This document shows, in pieces, positions 42,868 through 49,419 of a stretch of DNA of 55,501 nucleotides. A model generated the notes under the pieces. The model searched no databases. It was not told where the DNA came from and saw only the letters and a program-made list of their open reading frames with translations. The DNA is from Candidatus Yanofskybacteria bacterium RIFCSPHIGHO2_02_FULL_43_17. GTDB lineage: Bacteria; Patescibacteriota; Minisyncoccia; 2-02-FULL-40-12; GWA2-44-9. The stretch lies in the NCBI GenBank assembly GCA_001794435.1, contig MGJU01000013.1, positions 157,196 through 212,696 on the forward strand, read 5' to 3'. The position numbers and the translations under genes are program-made. Each line of letters starts with the position of its first letter. Positions within the stretch are counted from its first letter, which is position 1.

Positions 42868-43398
42868 TTATTCTCTTGTAAAATCAGGTATTTCTTCTTT
42901 CTTTACATCAACCATTGCAACGTACAAATCTAGATCTAATTTTTTGCCTTCTTTTGCCGCTTTGGTTATTGCGGCGCATCGATGCATACCTTCGGCGATA
43001 ATTATGCCGATGTCGGTATTCAAAACAATGATAGTCGTTGTTGACGGAAAGTTCTTTAGGAACTCCCCTGCCGCTGGATGTTCTTTCATCTCACTGAATG
43101 TCGGAAGTTCTTGGCCTTTGTAAAAATTTTCTTTCCAACCCTTGTAATTCCCTCCGCGGAAATTAGGTACCGACGCAAGCGGATCTTTCACCTTGACCAA
43201 GTACCAGTCCTTATTGAGTGCGGCATAAGCATCGATATATTTCTTGCGCCACTCTTCCCAGGACTTGTGGCCCTTTGATTCGTAGTACTTCTTCCAATGC
43301 TCTTCATTTATCTCGTTACTACGCCAAATTTCGGCGACATCTTCCCATGTCAATGATTTTACAAATTCAAACTGTGCCTTATCTAACTTCATAAGCAC
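42868..43398 (-). CDS. Hypothetical protein
   Basis: 176-aa ORF ending 3 nt from tRNA-Gln; no motif I can assign with confidence. Confidence 0.4.
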   Translation of the reverse strand: MLMKLDKAQFEFVKSLTWEDVAEIWRSNEINEEHWKKYYESKGHKSWEEWRKKYIDAYAALNKDWYLVKVKDPLASVPNFRGGNYKGWKENFYKGQELPTFSEMKEHPAAGEFLKNFPSTTTIIVLNTDIGIIIAEGMHRCAAITKAAKEGKKLDLDLYVAMVDVKKEEIPDFTRE

Positions 43399-43613
43399 CC
43401 AAATTTTACAACAAAAAACAGCGTTCTACAACGCTACGCTTGCTTGAATTTAGAACGCGGCTGGCTTGGCCAAGATTGAGGCAAAAGCGAGTATTGCGAC
43501 GAGCCATATTATAATATGGTGAGGAGCAAACGGAGCTTTTAACGAAAATATTGGTCAAGAGCGTACTGCCGTAGCGACGTAAGTCGCTGGCAGAGCGGCC
43601 AGCAAGTTATAAA

Positions 43614-44522
43614 CTAAACCTTGAGAAACCGGCGAATCGCCACAAAACTCGAGACGACACCAAGAAGAACGCCGACGGAAAATACAAGAAATAAGAATTG
43701 GAACATGTTGGACAAAAAATATGACATCAAACTGACTCCCGGCATCAGCAGTTCTATTTTGGAAGAAACAAGAAATATTGCCGGATAGAATATCACAACC
43801 GTAACTGCGGCGGCGAATGCTCCATATAATCCTCCCTCTACAAGATATGGGGCTTTGATGTGCCAATTGGAACCGCCGACAAGTTTCATTATCTCTATCT
43901 CCTGCCTTTGGTTATATATCGTAAGACGGATAGTATTAAAAGTAACCAACACAGCAATGACTGCTAGCAACATTGTGATAATGAAACCCCAGTTCTGGAT
44001 ACCGCCGGAAATGCTTTGAAGACGGCCGATAACTTTTTCGTTTTCGTAAAAATTAATCTTGTCTATGACGCTTCTGAACTTGTTGGCTTCAAGAAATTGG
44101 ACTATTGATGCAAACTGGGATGAATCGTCCGCTTTGATGTTCAAAGATGCCTGAAGAGGGTTGAAATCAAGTTCGGCCAGAGAATCCTGTATGACAGCGT
44201 CGCCGGCATGCCTTTCCTTGAATTCGTCCAAGGCTTGGCCAGCTGAAACATACTCAACCTTCTTCACGTTATTCAGCGACTCCAGCTCCGACTTGACGCT
44301 TAGTATCTCCTCTTCGGATATGTCCGTCTTGAAATAAGCGCTCACATCAACCTTTTCCTGAAGATTGGCTACTAACTGAGATGACAAAAAATTGACCGCC
44401 ATCAGGCCGGAGAATAATACAAGCACCAAAACCATAACCCCCGTCGTACCGACGCTGATATATCGGTTGCGCTTGAAGTTGGTCCATCCCACCTTAACAA
44501 TTCTTTGAAAAGATTTCTTCAT
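43614..44522 (-). CDS. ftsX: Cell-division permease-like protein FtsX
   Basis: 302-aa ORF; N-terminal TM, periplasmic domain, three C-terminal TM helices; directly downstream of ftsE. Confidence 0.85.
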   Translation of the reverse strand: MKKSFQRIVKVGWTNFKRNRYISVGTTGVMVLVLVLFSGLMAVNFLSSQLVANLQEKVDVSAYFKTDISEEEILSVKSELESLNNVKKVEYVSAGQALDEFKERHAGDAVIQDSLAELDFNPLQASLNIKADDSSQFASIVQFLEANKFRSVIDKINFYENEKVIGRLQSISGGIQNWGFIITMLLAVIAVLVTFNTIRLTIYNQRQEIEIMKLVGGSNWHIKAPYLVEGGLYGAFAAAVTVVIFYPAIFLVSSKIELLMPGVSLMSYFLSNMFQFLFLVFSVGVLLGVVSSFVAIRRFLKV

Positions 44523-44524
44523 GG

Positions 44525-45208
44525 TTATATTACGTATTTACCATTATCTCCTTGGTCGCGAACAATCTTGCCTTTTTCCATCGTCACCACACGCTTGCCT
44601 ATCGCATTCACAACTTCTCTGTTGTGGGTCGCAAGAATAACTGTCGTACCTAATTTGTTTATCTTCATTAGCAATTCTACCACATCATGAGCATTTACCA
44701 TGTCTAAATTGCCTGTTGGCTCATCCGCCAGAATTATCCTTGGGCGATGAATAAGAGCCCTTGCGATCGCAAGGCGTTGTTTCTCTCCGCCGGACAGCTG
44801 ATGAGGAAAGCTGTTTACCTTGTCGGATAGACCGACGATATTAAGCACCTTTGGCACATCATCTTTGACCTGGTCCTCGTCAACTCCGCAAACCTCAAGA
44901 GCAAAAGCAACATTCTCAAAAGCATTCTTATTAGAAAGAAGTTTGAAGTCCTGGTATACAGTCCCTATCTTCCTTCTTAAAACAGGAACCTCGCCGCTGG
45001 AGAGCGTGGCCAAATCGACGCTGTCCAAGACCACTTCGCCTTCTTGGGGACTGATCTCTCTTGTCAGAAGACGAAGGAGGGTTGATTTGCCAGCACCGGA
45101 GGGTCCAACAAGAGAAACAAATTCTCCCTGTCCAATCTTTAAATTAATGCCCCTAAGGGCCATTAAACTATCGTCGTATATTGTGGAAACGTTCTTGAGT
45201 TCTATCAT
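44525..45208 (-). CDS. ftsE: Cell-division ATP-binding protein FtsE
   Basis: 227-aa ORF; Walker A GPSGAGKST, ABC signature LSGGEKQR, Walker B ILADEPTGNLD. Confidence 0.9.
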   Translation of the reverse strand: MIELKNVSTIYDDSLMALRGINLKIGQGEFVSLVGPSGAGKSTLLRLLTREISPQEGEVVLDSVDLATLSSGEVPVLRRKIGTVYQDFKLLSNKNAFENVAFALEVCGVDEDQVKDDVPKVLNIVGLSDKVNSFPHQLSGGEKQRLAIARALIHRPRIILADEPTGNLDMVNAHDVVELLMKINKLGTTVILATHNREVVNAIGKRVVTMEKGKIVRDQGDNGKYVI

Positions 45209-45223
45209 CTCGATATATTAAAT

Positions 45224-45946
45224 TTACTTCGAATTGATGAATTTGTCCAACTCACCGTCAAGAATCTTATCCGGCTGAGATGATTTGACTCCAGTCCTAT
45301 GATCTTTGACCATCTGATAGGGGTGCAGAACATATGAGCGGATCTGACTTCCCCACTCTATAGAAACCCCAGGCTTAAGTTCGCTAATTTGGCTCGCTTT
45401 CTCTGCCTCCATCCGTTGGACCAGTTTTGAATAAAGCATTTGAAGAGCCCTCTCTTTGTTCTGAGCTTGCGACCGCTCGGACTGAACAGCAACGGAAGTA
45501 CCGGTCGGCAAATGAGTCACGCGTACGGCAGTTTCAAGTTTATTCACATTCTGCCCTCCCGGCCCGGAGGAACGGAATACATCAAACTTTAGGTCGTTTG
45601 GGTCCAGCTTAACTTCAGCGGCAACTATCTCTGGCAGAAATTCCACCATAGCAAACGATGTGTGACGAAGTTTCTTGGCCGAGAAAGGAGAAATCCTAAC
45701 CAAGCGATGCACGCCTGATTCACCTTTCAACAGCTCATAGACCCTTTCGCCCCTTATCTCCACTGACGCACTCTTCGTCCCGCCCTGCTCTCCAAGAGAA
45801 TGGTGAAGTACGACAAAAGACCAGCCCTTCTTATGGACATATCTCTGGTACATCCTGAAAAGCATTGAAGCCCAATCCTGAGCATCAACTCCTCCGGCTC
45901 CGGCATATATATTCAGCAGGGCCTTGTTTTTCTCATAATTTAACAT
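45224..45946 (-). CDS. prfB: Peptide chain release factor 2 lacking N-terminal domain 1
   Basis: 240-aa ORF; SPF anticodon-mimic motif (RISPFSA), GGQ motif ([10 protein letters not shown]); starts at the region equivalent to about residue 118 of E. coli RF2; in-frame TAA 4 codons upstream of the ATG. Confidence 0.85.
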   Translation of the reverse strand: [240 protein letters not shown]

Positions 45947-46063
45947 CTGGAGTTTTTACGATTTCACTCGAACCTACTTTATCAAAAATCCCCGACTACA
46001 GGAAATCGCCCTATCGTCATTCACTATTGCCTAAAAATTTTTGAGTCTTCGATAAAAATTAAT

Positions 46064-46555
46064 TCAATAACCAGAAAGCGCCTCGGACAAATCAAGGATA
46101 TTACCGATTTCAACGCTATTTTTTTCGACAAAGCCGGCGTTGACTTCCAACACATATTGAGCAGGTTTTTGCGATTGAAATATTTGAGGAAATGACCCCG
46201 GCAAAACATCTTTTGTAATATCAATGATTATATAATTCTCGTCTATCCAGATGATGTCGATTGGAAATTGCATATCTTTCATCCAGAAAGAATAAAAGCC
46301 TGGTTCATCGTATAAAAAAAGCATGCCTTGATTTTCTGGAAGCACCGTCCTCCCAGAAAGTCCGCGCATCTGTTCTTCCGACGTTCTTGCAAGCAGAATC
46401 TCAACAGGCCAGCCATTGATTTGAATCGTTGGCGGTTGTTGAGCAGACTCTTTTGATATTGAGGTAATTCTGTCCCGCAAAACAAATAAACCTCCAAAAA
46501 CGAGGAGGCCTGTGAGAAAAACGAAAACCAAAACGCTTGTTTTTTTTATTTTCAT
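46064..46555 (-). CDS. DUF192 domain protein
   Basis: 163-aa ORF; N-terminal TM; MRGLSGRTVLPENQGMLFLYDEPGFYSFWMKDMQFPIDIIWID. Confidence 0.8.
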   Translation of the reverse strand: MKIKKTSVLVFVFLTGLLVFGGLFVLRDRITSISKESAQQPPTIQINGWPVEILLARTSEEQMRGLSGRTVLPENQGMLFLYDEPGFYSFWMKDMQFPIDIIWIDENYIIIDITKDVLPGSFPQIFQSQKPAQYVLEVNAGFVEKNSVEIGNILDLSEALSGY

Positions 46556-46573
46556 GTTTATTTTCTACAAAAC

Positions 46574-46647
46574 TGGAGCCGAAGGAGGGAATCGAACCCA
46601 CGTTTCTGCTTTACGAAAGCAATGTTCTGCCATTGAACTACTTCGGC
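46574..46647 (-). tRNA. tRNA-Thr (anticodon CGU)
   Basis: Hand-folded cloverleaf: acceptor GCCGAAG/CTTCGGC, anticodon loop TTCGTAA, T loop TTCGATT (one U-U mismatch in the T stem), CCA encoded. Confidence 0.85.
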
Positions 46648-47093
46648 ATAACTAACAAACGACCTTCTTGAGCCCTTCTACTTAGGGCCCGATGTGTTCG
46701 TCCGTTTCCCTTGTTTAGCGCAGCAAATGTGGGACTTAGCGAATCACAATTTGGACAAATTAGGCGTAAATTCTCTTCTATATTATTTTTCCAATTGCCA
46801 TCAATATGATCAGCGACTAAAGGAATTTTTCCGGTTTTAATGTTAACCTTAGACCATCCGCATAAACAGCATTTATCCTTAAACTTTCTACGCAAATATT
46901 TTTTTATATATGGTGATACCAGACCTATACTATTTAAACCTTTCTTTTCGCCATTTTTCCATTTTTCAATGTAAGATCGGTACTGATATTCAAGCTGACA
47001 CGCATTGCTACAATACCTTCCTTTTACCTCTCGTGCCTCTTTGTTGCAAATAGGACATTTATTTCTAGGTTTTTTGGGATTTGGCATAAACAA
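46638..47093 (-). CDS. HNH endonuclease
   Basis: 151-aa ORF; Cys-rich N-terminus (CPICNK...CSNAC) and HNH core ADHIDGNWKNNIEENLRLICPNCD; last 10 nt overlap the 5' end of tRNA-Thr. Confidence 0.75.
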   Translation of the reverse strand: MFMPNPKKPRNKCPICNKEAREVKGRYCSNACQLEYQYRSYIEKWKNGEKKGLNSIGLVSPYIKKYLRRKFKDKCCLCGWSKVNIKTGKIPLVADHIDGNWKNNIEENLRLICPNCDSLSPTFAALNKGNGRTHRALSRRAQEGRLLVMPK

Positions 47094-47186
47094 AGTATAT
47101 CAAATCTAAAACCAAAGTAAAGTTTATAAGTGGTTGTGAGTTGGAAAAATAACAGTTATTGATAAGATGTATTTAAAATCGTAAAT

Positions 47187-47260
47187 GCGGGTGTAGTACA
47201 GTGGCAGTACGATTGCTTCCCAAGCAATAGACGAGGGTCCGATTCCCTTCACCCGCTCCA
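47187..47260 (+). tRNA. tRNA-Gly (anticodon CCC)
   Basis: Hand-folded cloverleaf: acceptor GCGGGTG/CACCCGC, anticodon stem ATTGC/GCAAT with loop TTCCCAA, CCA encoded. Confidence 0.9.
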
Positions 47261-47262
47261 AG

Positions 47263-47294
47263 AAAAATAACCAAGAAAAATCGAGGTTATTTTT
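47263..47294 (+). terminator. Intrinsic terminator after tRNA-Gly
   Basis: aaaaataacc-N12-ggttattttt. Confidence 0.6.
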
Positions 47295-47344
47295 GGTTAC
47301 AGGACAGGGGAAATAGAACTGACGACTATTTTCTAATCAATAGC

Positions 47345-47373
47345 TTGACAATATAGCAATGTGGTGCTATTGT
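47345..47373 (+). promoter_or_regulatory. Candidate promoter for 47406-47807, overlapping an octamer-family hairpin
   Basis: TTGACA (47345-47350), 17 nt, TATTGT (47368-47373); AGGGGGA RBS at 47394-47400; the region acaatata gcaatgtg gtgctatt gttgattt also has the 8-nt period of the ATTGTT family. Confidence 0.3.
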
Positions 47374-47405
47374 TGATTTAACCTTGAAAAACTAGGGGGA
47401 AATCA

Positions 47406-47807
47406 ATGAAAAACTTGCTTCAAATGTTTAATAAGTTCACAAGAACCCAGAATATTAAACTTCGAACAAGAGAGGCAACTTACGCCTATGATGAAGTTTC
47501 TACTTATCTTTTTACTGGCGGAATAACCCGTTTTTGCTTAATGGGCAGAGATGTGGCCTATGTCTATAGGTTTGAAGAAGGTATTTACTTCAGATTTTAT
47601 GGTTCGGAACAAGACCTTGAGTTGTTGAATGCCACTATTTCTAATTTCAGTAAGGTAGCTGGGGTACGGACTTTTGTCGAGATTGATAAGAGTAAGCGAC
47701 CTCTCTACCGAACAACCCTTGATGGAAGATGGGACTCCGCTGGCAACGATGAGGCAGAAAAAAGGATTAAAGAAAAGCTTAGAGCTTGTCCTGTGTTAGC
47801 CACTTAA
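47406..47807 (+). CDS. Hypothetical protein
   Basis: 133-aa ORF with a good RBS and a downstream terminator (gaccg-agaa-cggtc plus T6 at 47853-47872). Confidence 0.5.
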   Translation: MKNLLQMFNKFTRTQNIKLRTREATYAYDEVSTYLFTGGITRFCLMGRDVAYVYRFEEGIYFRFYGSEQDLELLNATISNFSKVAGVRTFVEIDKSKRPLYRTTLDGRWDSAGNDEAEKRIKEKLRACPVLAT

Positions 47808-47852
47808 GTCTGCCAAGCTTCATTGTATTTAATTGCTCTATAAGAGCTCGCT

Positions 47853-47872
47853 GACCGAGAACGGTCTTTTTT
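47853..47872 (+). terminator. Intrinsic terminator after 47406-47807
   Basis: gaccgagaacggtc followed by tttttt. Confidence 0.6.
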
Positions 47873-47962
47873 AATTGATTTTAACCGCTTTCTGATGATA
47901 AACTAGATATCTAAAATAAGTCAGTGAATGACTGGAAATTTGAACGTCATCCACTAACCCGC

Positions 47963-48328
47963 TCAAAATCCCAAGAGCCAATTCCACCATTTCTTGTAGT
48001 TCGGTGGCTCATCAGTAGAAAATTCTTGGGCTAAAGATGCCTTTTGCGGATTGAGGTCTCTATGGACGAATACCACTTCTTCGCCGGGCGCTTTATAATT
48101 CAGGCGAAGACGGGCTTCTTTTTCAAGAAATTCTGAATTTTCAATGTTTTTAATATACGCCTCAAGAGACGCATTATCCCTCTCAATATTAGTTATCTTG
48201 GCTTCTATGTCCTCTTCTTCTTTTTTTACCTCGTTCTTTTCGATCTCGACAAAAATCACCGAGAACAATATCCAAACCAGGGCAAGGGAAATAAAAACTG
48301 TAAAAAATTTAGAATTGAGGAGGTTCAT
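47963..48328 (-). CDS. Septum formation initiator (FtsB/DivIC-like)
   Basis: 121-aa ORF; N-terminal TM, coiled coil, then EKEARLRLNYKAPGEEVVF typical of FtsB/DivIC. Confidence 0.55.
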   Translation of the reverse strand: MNLLNSKFFTVFISLALVWILFSVIFVEIEKNEVKKEEEDIEAKITNIERDNASLEAYIKNIENSEFLEKEARLRLNYKAPGEEVVFVHRDLNPQKASLAQEFSTDEPPNYKKWWNWLLGF

Positions 48329-48809
48329 TTTGGATCTGTGTACCGGCCCTTATTTTATTTATGGCCTCAACTACTCCGGCCGGTGACGGAACCTTGTCAA
48401 AAGTTATCTCATTTCCCGACGGCGTCTTTATTATCAATTTTCCGTATCGGTTCATAAGCGCAGAAAAGCCGACTTGCTTAAAACTGATCTCATATATGTC
48501 GCGATAAAGAAGCTCTGTTACTGTCTGTGAAAGTGCTCCTTGTCTGATATTCAGTATCATTCTTTGGTTGGTTATGATTATGGCGTTTTTGCGCCAAAGA
48601 TATATCTTGTATAGAATGGTTAAGGTGGCTATAAGCATAACTCCGATGACGATTTCCCGGGAGTAGCCGAAAGCGTCGATTTTAAATTTAAAAAAGGTCC
48701 AGAAAACAAAACCCGTAAGCAAGGCGGACCGGATAATCGTCCCAGCTATAACAGAGCGGTGCTGCCTGATCATCTTGATTAACTTCTCATTTTCTCGCAA
48801 TGTAAGCAT
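48309..48809 (-). CDS. Membrane protein with bacterial PH (YdbS/YdbT-like) domain
   Basis: 166-aa ORF; two TM helices followed by a small beta-rich domain. Confidence 0.4.
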   Translation of the reverse strand: MLTLRENEKLIKMIRQHRSVIAGTIIRSALLTGFVFWTFFKFKIDAFGYSREIVIGVMLIATLTILYKIYLWRKNAIIITNQRMILNIRQGALSQTVTELLYRDIYEISFKQVGFSALMNRYGKLIIKTPSGNEITFDKVPSPAGVVEAINKIRAGTQIQNEPPQF

Positions 48810-48815
48810 TGGGCC

Positions 48816-48875
48816 ATTACGTATTACGTATTACGTATTTATTCGTAAATAATCCGTAATTTGTAATTCGTAATA
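48816..48875. repeat. Heptamer inverted array hairpin (ATTACGT x3 ... CGTAATN units)
   Basis: attacgt attacgt attacgt att / cgtaaat, cgtaatt, tgtaatt, cgtaata; starts 7 nt upstream of the start of 48309-48809. Confidence 0.8.
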
Positions 48876-48993
48876 AAATAATGTGATTAATAAAAAGTTA
48901 TTAAGAATTATAACAATTATCGTTGCGGTTCTGACCGCTCTAAGCATGGTGGGGTTTCTGCTCTTGCCTTTAGTATATTAAATTTATTGCCCT

Positions 48994-49017
48994 ATTACGA
49001 ATTACGGATTACGTATT
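48994..49017. repeat. Heptamer array, left boundary of the four-helix-bundle cassette
   Basis: attacga attacgg attacgt att; contains the stop codon of 49009-49386. Confidence 0.8.
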
Positions 49018-49386
49018 GTTTTTTCGGTATTTATCAAGATAAACAATAAACCCTCCGATTCTAGCACCCAATTCCTCAAGTTTTTCATTAACAAAATTAA
49101 ATTCTTCGATAGAAATGTAGCCAACAGCCAGTGCTATATGCAACTGATTCCGAGTTTCGCCAACCGAACCTTTAGACATTCTAAGAAATCTTATGAATTC
49201 GTTATTGTTACTCTTTTCAAAACCTTCCACGATGTTAGAACTAACAGAAACTACCGCCCTTCTTATTTGATCCCGCAGACCAAAATCTTTACTCCACTTT
49301 GAGTTAGAAGTTAAGTCGTATATAAATTTAGTAATTTTTAGAGCTAATTTCCAAATTGGTAACTCTTCAAATTTTTTGTATTTCAT
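49009..49386 (-). CDS. Four-helix-bundle protein (23S rRNA intervening-sequence protein family)
   Basis: 125-aa ORF; IWKLALKITKFIY, RDQIRRAVVSVSSNIVEGFE, FIRFLRMSKGSVGETRNQLHIA typical of this family. Confidence 0.85.
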   Translation of the reverse strand: MKYKKFEELPIWKLALKITKFIYDLTSNSKWSKDFGLRDQIRRAVVSVSSNIVEGFEKSNNNEFIRFLRMSKGSVGETRNQLHIALAVGYISIEEFNFVNEKLEELGARIGGFIVYLDKYRKNNT

Positions 49387-49410
49387 AATCCGTAATGCGT
49401 AATTCGTAAT
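49387..49410. repeat. Heptamer array, right boundary of the four-helix-bundle cassette (inverted relative to 48994-49017)
   Basis: aat ccgtaat gcgtaat tcgtaat; begins 1 nt after the start codon. Confidence 0.8.
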
Positions 49411-49419
49411 ATAATAATT

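Noticed and set aside
43555-43866. 103-aa minus-strand ORF overlapping the ftsX 3' end, and ORFs 46024-46224, 46279-46497 and 46401-46601 overlapping DUF192
   Set aside because: These are alternative-frame ORFs inside or across well-supported genes, with no motifs.
45947-46063. Upstream exon of prfB reached by programmed +1 frameshift
   Set aside because: Only 117 nt are available, there is no CTT TGA motif, stops occur in all frames, and an in-frame TAA lies 4 codons before the ATG.
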